A stretch of DNA of 64,000 bases, taken from contig NC_042998.1 in the NCBI RefSeq assembly GCF_006345805.1, positions 181,908,001-181,972,000 of the forward strand, read 5' to 3'. The stretch comes from Octopus sinensis (Eukaryota). Below, piece by piece: positions 1-13,358 of this stretch. Every line of letters starts with the position of its first letter. Position 1 is the stretch's first letter. A program made the position numbers and the translations under genes. The notes beneath the pieces are model-generated. The model made no database searches and was not told where the DNA came from. It saw nothing but the letters and a program-made list of their open reading frames with translations.

Positions 1-79
1 CACTAAGTTACGGGGACATAAACACACCAGCATCAGTTGTCAAGCGATGTTGGGGGGACAAACACAGACACTCAAACAT

Positions 80-130
<51 letters not shown>

Positions 131-296
131 TACATACATACATATATACGACGAGCTTCTTTCAGTTACCGTCTACCAAATTCACTCACAAGGCTTTGGT
201 CGGCCCAAGACACTTGCCCAAGGTGCCACACAGTGGGACTGAAGCTGGAACCATGTGGTTGGTAAGCAAGCTACTTACCACACAGCCACTCCTATA
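1..296 (-). mobile_element. SINE family A (tRNA head, internal TA/TG microsatellite), cut by the window edge
   Basis: Reverse complement of ggagtggctgtgtggtaagtagcttg...ggttcagtccc...ggcaccttgggcaagtgtctt. Confidence 0.8.
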
Positions 297-1613
297 CCTA
301 TATGTTGTTATTTATTAAGCCATTAGATTAAGGATTTGCAGAATAAAGTGCTCTGCGATTTGCAACAAATATGAAGTTAGAGTAAAGTGCAGGTAGTTCA
401 GTATTTTATCCATTCAGCTATTTTGCTTTTAACACTTAATGTATCAGCAAACTAAATATTTGCATGGGATCCCAACACCTGATAAATTTTTTTATTGTTT
501 TCCTTCTCTTCTTTTTCTGTCACTTGTAGACATGCTTGGTTTTTGTTAGAAAAGTAAACAGAAGTTAGCAGGAGTGCAGATTAATATGCTTAAAGGTATT
601 AATACTTTCTGCTAAAACATTTCTGATTGGCTTTGTAAAATATATTGGTTTAAATGATCAATGCTGATGAAAGAATTAGTAAATTAATACTCACACCTGG
701 GCAGAAGTTTTGATATTGCTAAATAATTCATTTTATTTTATTTTTCTTATACAGAGTTTTGCATTCAAATTTTGTGGCAGAATTTTGATAAACTGGATAT
801 TTGAATACATGAATTGGTGGCATAATTGTTTTACAACTGTATACCTTAACCAACATTAACTTAAGGCACTGACACCTATTTTAAGCAAAAGCAGGCTGAG
901 ACATGCAGTAGAGTAATGAACCTTCTTAATATTAGTTTTAAATTTTTGCACAAGTCCAGCGACTTTGAGGAAGGGGCTAAGTTGATTACATTGATCCCAG
1001 TGTTCAGATGGTACTTATTTTATTGACCTCAAAAGGATGAAGGGCAAAGTCAACTTCTGCAGAATTTGAACTCAGAACATGAAGACAAACAAAATGTTAT
1101 TAAGCATTTTGCCTGGCGTGCTAATGATTCTGCCAGTTTGTTATCCTGAGCCTTCTTAATATCAATTACTGATTTAAGGCAGCAAGCTAGCAGAATTGTT
1201 AGTATGCCAGTCAAAATGCTTAGTGGCATTTCATTTGTTTTCATATTCTGAGTTCAAATTCAACCTTCAGGATCAATATAAATAAGTACCAGTTGAACAC
1301 TAGGGTCAATGGAATCAACTTACATTCTTCCTTAAAATTGATGGCCTTGTGCCAAAATTTGAAACTAATATAATTTCTGATTTAGGTACAAAGCCAACAG
1401 TTTCAAGGGATGCACTCTGTCAATACCATTGACCAGTACTTCATTTTAGCGAATCCAAAAGGATGAAAGGCAAAATTGACTGTAATAGCATTTGAATTCA
1501 GAATGTAAAGTGCCAGAACAAATACCCAATGCATTTTTACCAACACTCTAGAAATTCTGCCAGTTCACAGCCTAGAGCCTTAATATAATGACTACAGCGA
1601 AATATTCATAATT

Positions 1614-1819
1614 TTACAGGTAGTAAGCAGTTTGTTTTTTAACATAACTTTGAGGAGGAAGGGTAACTCTCATAGCTCTAAACAGGGTTTCATTGATATG
1701 AGGGAGGAAGTTATCCTCATAATGTAGGCTTGATTCAAATGTTTGCAACAGGGTGGCTTCTACTAAAGGTATGCAAAGGTCAAATGGTGGTATTAAACTA
1801 GGTAACAGATTAAGTCTAT
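1614..1819 (-). CDS. Candidate terminal coding exon (RLNLLPSLIPPFDLCIPLVEATLLQTF...QTAYYL*)
   Basis: Non-repetitive 68-codon open frame after a weak acceptor gattgacag|. The phase-1 start is compatible with the 7424 exon. No homologue recognised. Confidence 0.25.
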
Positions 1820-3516
1820 CTGTCAATCAAATTTTGCTCGCAAACTTGTAGTTGATTCAAAGCTTTAGTAGAAAATACTTGCCCAATATGCTATACAGAG
1901 TGATTGAACCTGAAACCACATAGCAATAAAGCAAACTACTGAGCCATGCCTATATCCATCTTAGTCTGACAACCTTTTGTCAATAAAGTTAGAGAGTATA
2001 ATCAAGCAAAATGAAATAATTCTTTTTTTTTTATTAAATAATGTGAGTCATAGAATGTCATGAGTAAACAACTTGACAGAATACACAGGTAAATGAATAA
2101 ATAAATGAATAACTTGAGAACTGCTAAATGTTGATTTATTTTGACTAGTTACAAATACCAATTTTTGTAGGGGAAGGTATAGTTGACTTAGTAAATTGTA
2201 TATTTATATGTTATTGTTTTGTTGACTCAGTGGTGAGGGGAATGAAAGACAAAGTCAAATTTAGTAGAATTTAAATTCAATAGAAAAAGAAATGCATGCA
2301 ATCCATTGAATATATAATGTAGATTTATGTGGGACAAAAAAAAAAGCTTAAGATGATCATTTCATAGTAAAGTTAATGTTATTATACTTGATATAAGTAA
2401 GCCACCCCATAAAAAACTGATTCAATTAAAATTACAAACTTAGTCATGAAACTAGTTATTTCATAATTTTTAATTCTGAAGGGGGGAAAAAGCAGAAATG
2501 GCAAGAGGGCATTCTTTCAAATATAGGTACAATATTGACAATTTTAAGAGGAGATTAGTTGATTACAATGACCTCAGTACTTGAATGAGATTTATCAATA
2601 GTGAAAATATAAAAGTAACTAAGTATTTTGTCTGATGTGCTAATGATTCTGCCAGCTTAACTCCTTTAAAATTCAAATTAAAATACATCAAAGAGTGAAT
2701 TTGAGTTTAAGCAGTACAGTAACAATTCTGCACATGTTTTGGTTTTATTAAGGCTCATCAGTGAAGAATAACTAACTTAACCATAACTGCTAGATCTTAG
2801 AATGACTAAAAAAGATTTTTTGTGCGTGTGTGTGTGAATTAGCTGATGAATGCAGGATAAATGATCAAAAGTAGCTCAAAAAGGATCTGAGAAACTGTAC
2901 AAATTAAACATGATCTTGCATTACAAGCCCATCCATCTCACACCAGTATGCAAGAGGTGGGAACATTAAAATGACAGTGATGATAGTAATAATCTTATTA
3001 TAAGTACACAGATACTCACAACTTGTTTTCAATTATTTCAGAAAAAATATGAGTCTCATAACTTATTTCAATTCCATTATGAAAAAAGAAAAAAAATATT
3101 TTTTTGCTTTAATTGTAGATTGAGAAATTGATTTCATAACATTTCTAAAATATTACAGAGATGTACTTGCCATAGCAAGTGATTTGATCTGAGATCGTGT
3201 GCTGAAACAAACAATTGCAGTGTGGAAGGTGTTTATAAGCCATTTAAAAACACACAGAAAACCATTAGATTCACTTCAACATTTTTTACCTTTTACTTGA
3301 TTCAGTCATAGGACTGTGGCCATGCTGGGGCATCATCCTGAAGGTTTTAGGCAAACAAATTGACCCCAATTTCTTATTTCTAAAGTCAGTAACTAATTCT
3401 TTCGGTCTCTCTTTTGCCAAATTGCTAAGTTACAAGAATGTAAACAAACCAACACCAGTTGTCAAGCGATGGGAGAGGAACAAACATAAACACTGACACA
3501 CACACAAATTATATAT

Positions 3517-3547
<31 letters not shown>

Positions 3548-3694
3548 CGGAGTGGTTGGCGTTAGGAAGGGCATCCAGCCGTAGAAACACTGCCAGATCT
3601 GACTGGGCCTGATGAAGCCTTCCAGCTTCACAGACCCCAGTTGAACCGTCCAACCCATGCTAGCATGGAGAACGGACGCTAAATGATGATGATG

Positions 3695-3842
<148 letters not shown>

Positions 3843-4524
3843 TATATATAAGGCGAGCTGGCAGAAACATTAGCACACCGGGCGAAATGCTTAGCGATAT
3901 TGTGTCTGTCGTTGCGTTCTGAGTTCAAATTCCGCCGAGGTCAACTTTGCCTTTCATCCTTTCGGGGTCGATAAATTAAGTACTAGTTACGCACTGGGGG
4001 CGATGTAATCGACTTAATCCGTTTGTCTGTCCTTGTTTGTCCCCTCTATGTTTAGCCCCTTGTGGGCAATAAAGAAACAGATATATATATATATATATAC
4101 ATACATATGTATATATATATATATAATTACAGGATAAAGTCGGTGCAAAAATACAAAACATGGAGACGGGGTAAAAGAAACAGTGTATTAAGTTCACCAC
4201 GGGCTTCCACACAGTTTCCACCCATCAAATTCACTAACAAAGCATTGGTCATCCTGGGGCTACATTAGAAGACATTGCCTAAGGTACTGCAATGAAACTG
4301 AACTCGAACCCATGCGGTTGCAAAGCGAGCTTCTTTACCACACAGCCATGGGCACTTCTTACATATGCATGATTCGCACTTACTTTAATACCCTCATCAA
4401 TACATAGCATATTGAATGACTCTGAATTCCATCCAAACCAAATCATTTTGTGTTTTAAATTTATTTGGTTATTGTTATTTAGCCCTGAATCAAGCATACT
4501 TATAATCAAAGATATAGGTATGCT

Positions 4525-4938
4525 GGATCTTTTCGGTTTGAACGGCAGTTTTAACATAATTTCTAGGTAACTAAAAAATTTTAAACTTCTTATACTGGTA
4601 GAATGTGTTTATAAAACATCATTTTCTCTTGGCTTTATTGAGAAAATTCTATAGTTTGTAAGATATTTGGGGTTTTTTTCTTCAATTTCTGCAATTTCAA
4701 CCAATCAGTGACGTCTATTGAGTTAAAAAGCATTCTGTACCGTATGAATATGTCCCTCGTTTAAGAAACAGATTGGGTTTATTTACATTTGTGAAGAAAA
4801 AAAGATGCCCTTCCCCCACCCCTAACCCTAACCCTAAAACAGATTGAAATGCAATAGATCGATTCTAGGGTTATAACTATGGGTGACAATTTCATATGAC
4901 ACCGATAGAAAAAACTGCCGTTCAAACCGAAAAGATCC
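4525..4938 (+). mobile_element. MITE with GGATC TIRs and 8-bp TSD (Merlin-like)
   Basis: TIR ggatcttttcggtttgaacggcagttt at both ends. Flanks are GGTATGCT/GATATGCT. Confidence 0.8.
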
Positions 4939-6161
4939 GATATGCTTATAAATCTAAGCCGATATTGTCCAATGTGTTTTCTTTTTAGGATGTGATTTGA
5001 GGGAGATTTGGCTGCTATTTCTAACAGATCGAAAGTATAACAGCTCTTTCGTTGGCTTATACCGGTAAGGTATTTCAAGATGGATGACAACAGAAATAAA
5101 ATCTGAATAAAGAATACAAAAGAAGTTAATAACCCAATAAATACCGAATACTTTTACAATAATTCTTTTTAAAAATATAGAAATATTTGAAACACCTTAA
5201 AAATTGACAAATTCGTATTGGTGTGGGACGTTAGCCGACTAATAACTACACATTCATAGCGTGTTGAAATGGCAGTATTAAAGATATTGATATTTTTTTC
5301 AATTATCTGTCCTACCTGTTAACACGGTTTTGGAGAAAGATATTTTCATTTTCCTTATATATATATAAATTTAGGACTGACCACTAAAAGTGGTCCTCTA
5401 AATTTTGTATGTAAAAAATTTTTAATCTTCGGATTTTTTAAAATATGCTAGGCCACTGGTTTTAATTGATTAATATGAATTTCTACCCATATTTAATTAT
5501 ATATATACTATTTGAGAAATTATCTACGTTCTTATTTCATTTATGGCAATTTTTTTTTTTAAATCTATCCCATACCTTAGATACTCGAAATATATAAGTA
5601 GGCATAATGATTTTGTTTCATGATTAAATATTGAAACTAATTATATAATTGCATAAACAATTACATGATACGCAAATTACGCTTCAAATATTTCTTGCAA
5701 TTAGACATACCGCCTTTTAGCTTAGAAGACATGTACTTTCATGTGTAATATTTTTCTAATTATAATTTGTTACTATCTGATATTCTAAATATTTGGTCAA
5801 GGTCACTGAGATGTTAAGATGAATTGCAGTATGGCATATGACCGAAGGGGAAAAGTAATCGATATAAAAAGAAAGTTTTTAGAAAATATGTAGTAATTTT
5901 TACGTAGGCGTGAAGTCTTAGACTTAGAGAAAGCAAGGTGATAAGGAAATCGTGAAGTTTATGCCCTTGGAACATATCAACACTGATAAATTTGGTTTAG
6001 TTAAGGAAGTTAGTCGAGAAAGTCTACTTATAGATTTCGTAGTTGTCAAATTTATAACAGCAGCGCAATTGCGACATTCCAGATTCCTTGAACAGGTGCC
6101 AATAAGTAGAGTTTCTAAGTATGAATTTCTAAATTACTGACACTTTCATTTCTTATCGTGA

Positions 6162-6192
<31 letters not shown>

Positions 6193-6231
6193 TATACACA
6201 TACATATATTATATTACATATTATATATTAT

Positions 6232-6319
<88 letters not shown>

Positions 6320-6322
6320 TAT

Positions 6323-6404
6323 TGTGCTGCGGCACTGAAAAGGGCTAAGTACCCGTTTCCCAGCTGGGAAACGGGTACTTAACCCTTTTCAGGGCCGCAG
6401 CACA
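6323..6404. repeat. 82-bp spacer-less palindrome
   Basis: 41-bp arms with 2 mismatches, centred on CAG|CTG. Confidence 0.95.
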
Positions 6405-6607
6405 CATCACAGCAGTGCTAGGAACCAGAGAAACCAATGCCACCCAAGGCGTAACTAAAACGGACAGTAGGTGGACATCTGGGAGTCATGACTCGGATGT
6501 GATCCGCCCCCTAGTGTGTCAGGGGTTAAGGGCTGAAACACTTGTCTAAAAGGGGTTTCTCCTCTGAGAACCACCTGCTGTTACGATCTCCCCGAGTTTC
6601 TTTCCAC

Positions 6608-6639
<32 letters not shown>

Positions 6640-6875
6640 TTGTATGTATGTATATATATATATATATATATTGTATGTATATATATATACACACATATAT
6701 TGTATGTATGTATGTATGTATATATATATATATTGTATGTATATATATATATATATACACACACATATATTGTATGTATATATATATATATATATTGTAT
6801 GTATATATATATATATACACACATATATTGTATGTATATATATATATATATACACACATATATTGTATGTATGTA

Positions 6876-6927
<52 letters not shown>

Positions 6928-6935
6928 CATATATG
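6608..6935. repeat. Compound TA/CA/TATG minisatellite
   Basis: The recurring unit (ta)n-cacacatatattgtatg alternates with (ta)n-ttgtatg. Confidence 0.9.
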
Positions 6936-7423
6936 AAGAATTTCAGACATCTTAAATTCACCCTTAATTTATATGGACTCGCCTAACTGAAAAATCAGTC
7001 ACGTGTCTTTTAACAAAATATACTTACAAACGTTATTTCTAATAGGCATACGCATTCGTGTTTTAATTACTTGATAAAATATGTAATCTAATTATATAAC
7101 GACATAAACAATTTCATTAACTTAAAAAAAGCAATCTTATTTGTTATTAAATATATATTTATTAATTTGATTGTCTCCATGTTTTAAAGAAGCCGTTGAT
7201 AATATTTTTGTTATTAATAATTACTAATTGATTCTCTAATTATTTTGAAGTTACATTAGTACCTTTAATAAATTATACATTTACTATATGATTGTGATCA
7301 AATTTTTCATCACGTTAAATATTACCATATTTACTGAATAGTATGTCTTCAGTGATTTAACCAAAATTTCACCTGTTACTGATGGATGTTTATCATTTAC
7401 TTAAAACCACTTAATAAAATCAC

Positions 7424-7502
7424 CTATTACATAACGGGTTTTACTTCCGATCGTGTCTACGTATTTTTCGTCGAAAGTAATGAATATTATATTCTCGAGC
7501 AA
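7424..7502 (-). CDS. Candidate coding exon (LLENIIFITFDEKYVDTIGSKTRYVI)
   Basis: Acceptor gattttctgtag| and donor ATAG|GTGATT; 79 nt. The phase-0 start matches the 8220 exon end; it ends in phase 1. Confidence 0.35.
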
Positions 7503-8219
7503 CTACAGAAAATCCATTATTTTAATTTTAATCCCAGACCTTGTCTTTATTATCGTAAATGTTTAGAGTTGATTTAGAAATAAACACCTATTTGGTACTA
7601 GTACCCACCTATTTAAACGTATACAATACCAATATCATATTTTTGTAATATATATGCGAAAAAAATTTCGTAAATAATCTATTCCATAAAATGTAATTGC
7701 GAGACAAACGTAAAAACCTGACCGTTTTGGGCCTTAAGTTTTTTTTACATCAATTTTAAACCGGCGCAATGAGCGGAATACACTTTTGAAATACTGACAA
7801 ATGTTTGGCATAACATTTATCGAAATACGGTTTCGTACATTATATAAAATCGTTTAAAATTTTCGGTGTTCACTAATTTTGTTATGAAAAGCTTTATTTC
7901 TTAATCATTTGAATGTGAGTCTGCTTTTTTAAAAGTCGTTTTGGAAAACTGCATCATGTAGTGTAATTACTTTATTTTCCTGACAAAAGAAATGAAACTC
8001 AGTTACTGATTCAGCTAAGATCCATAGTGGTTATCTGAAAGTTAAAAAAAAACAACAAAAAAACTTACAGCACTTAGGGTTTGCAAGGTCACCTAGATAC
8101 GAATCACATGTTACTGTACGAAAACCGGTGTTTTCGACTTAACGAGTCGTTATTACTAATACAAATTATTTCTTTTGACTAAGCGTACATATTACATTAA
8201 AAGAATTCCTCTCATTTAC

Positions 8220-8332
8220 GGAGGTGCGAAAGCAGAATGCTGTGGCATTCATGCTTTTCACAATTTCACCGAGATCTACTGCTTCCTCTATGGTGCTGTT
8301 CATCGTTCTTATTATTATAACACTATGTACCT
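8220..8332 (-). CDS. Candidate coding exon, unidentified protein (MNSTIEEAVDLGEIVKSMNATAFCFRTS from ATG at 8303)
   Basis: Acceptor tttctaacag| and donor TCC|GTAAAT with an open frame; ends in phase 0. No homologue recognised, and plus-strand frames are also open here. Confidence 0.35.
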
Positions 8333-11300
8333 CTGTTAGAAACTGATTTTAATGCTTAAGAAATTGTGCAATAACGACAAATTACATAATTACATGAAGT
8401 AATCGTTAAAGCGATATTTGGTTACAACCCTTTTGTTCCACCATGGTGAACTTTTTCCTTTTTGGGGTCGATAAAATAAATTACCAGTCAGGTACTTAGG
8501 ATCAGTTTAATATTCCTATTAAGCAACCTAGATGTGAATGGAATTATAATAAAAGGTGCAAATATAGTTAGTAGTTAAGAAATTTGCTTCATGGAAATAT
8601 AGTTTGGGGTTCAGACTTAATACATAAAAACTGAAAGATGCCGATCGCATACATCATACATACATTTATGTATGTGTGTATATATATATATGATTATTTG
8701 TGCATGTGCGTGTACGAGCGTGTCTGTGGAACTTTACATTTGTGTTTTTCCGAAAATTGTCAGCTGACTGTGCTCCTTCGAAGACGTAAGAAGGAAATGA
8801 TCTCTTACGTCAAAAACAAGTAAAGGTTAGTGACAGGAGTGGTTTAAAGTTTCACTATCACCAGTAGTTTATTCTTATTTGGAAATCGGATCTTTTTCTT
8901 TTGAACTGCACTTTGTAACATAATTTCTAGTTAACTAAACACTTTTAAACTTCGTATACTGGTAGAATGTAATTATAAAACATCATTTTTTTCTTGGCTT
9001 TATTGAGAAAATTCTATGTCGTAACATATTTCGTCTTTAATTTCGAGCATTTCGGCAATTTTAACCAATCGCTGGAGTCCATTTAGGTAAACAACATTCC
9101 GTGCTGTATGAATATGTCAGATTGGGTTTATTTACATTTGTCAAGAAAAAAGATACCCTTCCCCCACCACTAACCCTAATCCTAACTATCACCCTAAATC
9201 TAAAATAGATTGAAATGCAATAGATTGATACTAGGGCCATAATTATGGGTGACGATTTCATAAGACACTGCTACGGAAAATGGGATTTGTACATAGAAGA
9301 AATAGATGATGATGATGATGATGATATCATTTCATGTCAGCTTTCTATGCCAGCATGAGTTAGATGGGTTGTCATACTCCTAGTCACTTTCCATTGGGAG
9401 TTACTGCTTCCAAAGTCTAGACACCCATTCATGTCATATGGGTTGGTTTCTATAATTGGGTGTCCTTAATACCAACCACTTTATAGTATAATGGGTGCAT
9501 TTATTCATGGTATAAATACTAGAGATGTTGAATAGTCCTCAAAGAGAGAAAACTAGAAGGATCTCATAACTCTATTCTTTCTCTCCTCAAACAGCAAACC
9601 ATGTAACAGTATGAACTGTGGAAGGATCAATGATAACAGAAATTAACAACTGAAAAGGGAAAAGCAATGACATTAGGAAGACACACACATATGTATACAT
9701 ATTTTCTATGTTTCCTAAAATTTCACAGAATTTAGGATTTATGGAGGGTCAAATTTGGGAACAAAAAAAATGACAGTGGAAACATACAAGGAAACCGAAT
9801 GAAAACAAACATGGAGGGTCATTAGACCAGAACGAGAGGAAAAGAGTGAATGCTAAAGAGAAAGAATAGAAGAGAAAGAGATAAACACACCTGTGCAGGA
9901 AAAGAAAGATGGACGATGGTCACATGTGAGCAATGAGAGAAAGAGAGAGACAGCTGATGAAGAGTCCTTTCTCTGCGTTTACTTGTCCTGTTTTCCATTT
10001 TTTTCTCGTTGTTTACATATTTCATGTTATTTGCACTGTTGGTGATGTCCTGTACCCATATATGCATGTATACACACACACACACACAGACATATATATA
10101 ATATATATAAATCAGAGAAAAACCACTATTATGTAATTCAAACAATGATAGACATAAACCATATCATATAGAAAAAATAAAATATATTATATAACTAGAT
10201 CACAAAAAGTACAAAAAAATGAATACAATTATTATAGTAGGCTTTCCATTTAATCCTAGTAATTTATAAATATATATATATATATATATTATATTGTGAA
10301 ATTTGATTTAATACTAAATTGAACTTTTTCCCTGTAAGTTTGTAGTTATATTCCCTAATATATATATATAATTGTTAAAGAATACAGCAAATATTAAGGC
10401 AAGACAAATATCTCAAGTCATATACAATATTATTATTGGAAAAAATTCAAAGTCTTACAGCTGTTTCTGGGATATTCCTGAGTATGGGATATTCCATCAT
10501 CAGAACATGGGGGGAAAACATGGAAAAAAATTGGGAAACAACAAGGAAAATGAGAATGGTATATATTGAGATGACAACATAGAAGAAGGGAGTAAAAGAA
10601 TAAGAAGATGGAAAGAAAGAAGAAAAAAAAGAAGCATAAAAGTTTATAATTCAACTTTCTTAAGTTATAGAAACAAGAGCATGAGTCCTTAGGTGCAATC
10701 CTGTGTAGATCCATAAGCATAAGTTCTTAGGCGCAATCCTGCATAGATCTATGTGGGTTAAAATTCTGATATAGTAGACATCCCAAGGAAAAAGGCATGA
10801 ACATATCAACGTTCAATAACAGAATGGTAGCAGAGGTGGCTATAAAGTGGTAAAAGTAAAGAAAAGAAAAGAAATAGAAAGAGAAGTAGATAGACTGAGG
10901 GGAGGAGATTTTAAGGATTGGCTATCCACTGCATCAAAAATTTGCAATGGCTCCATAACTACCAGCTTGGCTATATATATATTATATTATTCATTATTTA
11001 ATTGAACACAATTCATCCATTTCCAAGTACATATGTATGTATGTATTTAAGTATGCATGTATGTATCCAACATTTTTGTGGCAACCTCTTCTGCACTATG
11101 TTTGAAACAGCTGTTAGGTATTATATACATACCTTTTTTGTTTCTTCTCTTTCAGTTACAAGGTTTTACCTGTGAGTCTACCTGTTTATATCACGACTAT
11201 TATGAACCTAATATGGAACTTTCACTGATCTTCTGTAATTGATACGCCTTTATGGATTTGTTTTTTTCTCTAAGTGTTGTATTAATATGTCATAATCTGA

Positions 11301-11384
11301 CCCAATACCTGTGATTTACCTGTATATCCTTTTGTTCTGTTATACATACATTTATGTGTGTGTGTGTGGGTGTGTAGGGGGAAT

Positions 11385-12325
11385 GGAGAGTCTTGAAGAT
11401 GACCCAATGTCTGGATGACCTGCAACTGCCTCTACTAAGGAAAACATTGACTATGTTTAACATATAGTGATGGATGACAGGTGACAGACTTTAAGTCAGT
11501 TAATGCTATTTAGTATATCCCATGTGAGAGTTGAGAATATTCTACAACATGAACTTAACATGACACAGGTTTCTGCTTGGTGGGTGCCATGGCTTCTGAC
11601 CCTTGATCATAAGCACTCCAGGCTGATCACATCATGGAAGAATCTGACATTGTTTGAGGCAAATTCAGCTTGTTTCTTTGAATGTTTCTTAACCCAGGAT
11701 GAATGTTGGGTTTATCACTTTGAGCTACAAAAAGAAAATCCATGCAGTAGAAACATACCTCCTCACCTGCTCTAAAGAAGGTCATGGTCATTTCACCTGC
11801 AGCGAAGGTGCTGGCTTCAGGTTTTTATGATACAAAAGGCACAGTGTTTATTGAATATCTCCAAAAGGGCCACACAATCAATGCTGAGTACTGTACCAAC
11901 TTGCTGAGGCAGTTACAAAAGCTATCAAGACCAAATGCCCAGGAAAACTGATGAAAGGAGTCTTGTTTCATCAGAACAATGCTCCAGCACATAAGCCCCT
12001 GGATTGAATGGTTGCTGTGTGTGACTGAGGTTTCCCAATTTTCCTGATTTGGCCCAACTTGACTATGATTTGTTCACCAACATGAAAAACACTTGGCTGG
12101 GAACCAGCATCACTGAGATAATGATGTCATATCTGCTGTTGATGACTTTTTTGACCAACAGGATGAAATCTTCTTCACCAATGGGATTCAAGCACTGCAA
12201 CACCAATGAAAGAAGTGCATGGACCACAAAGGGGACAATACTGAAAAATAAGCCTCATTTGGTCACATTCCATGAGAGTATTGCAGTCAGCCTATGAACT
12301 TTGCAGCTAACCTTTGTATGTGTAT
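11385..12325 (+). mobile_element. Degraded mariner transposon
   Basis: ILQHELNM..VSA.WVP.LLT, FLTQDECWVYHF, FHQNNAPAH, PDLA.LDY.LF.NMK..L.G; many stops. Confidence 0.8.
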
Positions 12326-13358
12326 GTATATATATGTGTATGTATATTTATGTGTATGTATATATATATATAATATATATATATATCAGCATTGCCTTAC
12401 TGGCACCTGTGCCAGTGGCAAGTGTAAAAAGATTCGTGCGAGGTCGTTGCTAGTACCGCCTGGCTGGCAACGTAAAAGCACCCACTACACTCTTGGAGTG
12501 GTTGGCGTTAGGAAGGGCATCCAGCTGTAGAAACTCTGCCAGATCAAGATTGGAGCCTGGTGCAGCCATTGGTTCGCCAGCCCTCAGTCAAATCGTCCAA
12601 CCCATGCTAGCATGGAAAGCAGACATTAAACGATGATGATGATGATTATATATATATATATATATGGCAAATGAAAGACAGAAGGTGGAATATACAAGAA
12701 TTTATTATTAATCACGGCAATTGTTTTGACACATATAGATAATAATAATAAGCAGAAAATAGGTATGCCAATCAAAGACCTGTAATACATACACACATTT
12801 CAGTAAAATGCTGAAATAATTACATAGTCAATAAACACCTATTTATTGCAGGACACTAATGAAATGAAAATAAAATAACCTAATGTTTCTATAACTCTTA
12901 TGCAATTATTTTGGCATTTTGCTGAAACTCATGTCCTATAAAGCATTGAATCCCATGCTTATTTTCTACTTGTTATTATTATCACTTCTATTTGGTTCAT
13001 ATTCCAAACACTAGCCTATCCTTAGGTTGATTCTCCACATTATACTACACTGGATACTGGAGTGAAATGTGGAACCCACAACTGAGGTTGATCTTTGACT
13101 ACATGTTGCACTTTACTGTGCCTTTTTATATGTGTGTGTGTGTACACTTGGGAAAGTTTATACAGGCACATACACACATATTATTATCACCATTGTGATC
13201 ATTATTTAATGACTATCTTCCACACTGGAATGGGGTTGATGGTTTGGTATAATTCAATAAGTCAGCATTGAACTCCAATGTCTACTCTAGCATGGTTTCT
13301 ACATTTGGATGTCTGTCTTAAGCCAACCACTTTCACATTATGAAAATACATATATATA

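Noticed and set aside
755-805. Plus-strand acceptor followed by FCIQILWQNFDKLDI* (terminal exon of an upstream gene?)
   Set aside because: Too short to identify, with no partner exon in the window.
6379-6528. TTAA-CCC...GGG-TTAA suggesting a piggyBac MITE
   Set aside because: TIR similarity stops after 3-4 bp, and the left TTAA lies within the larger palindrome.
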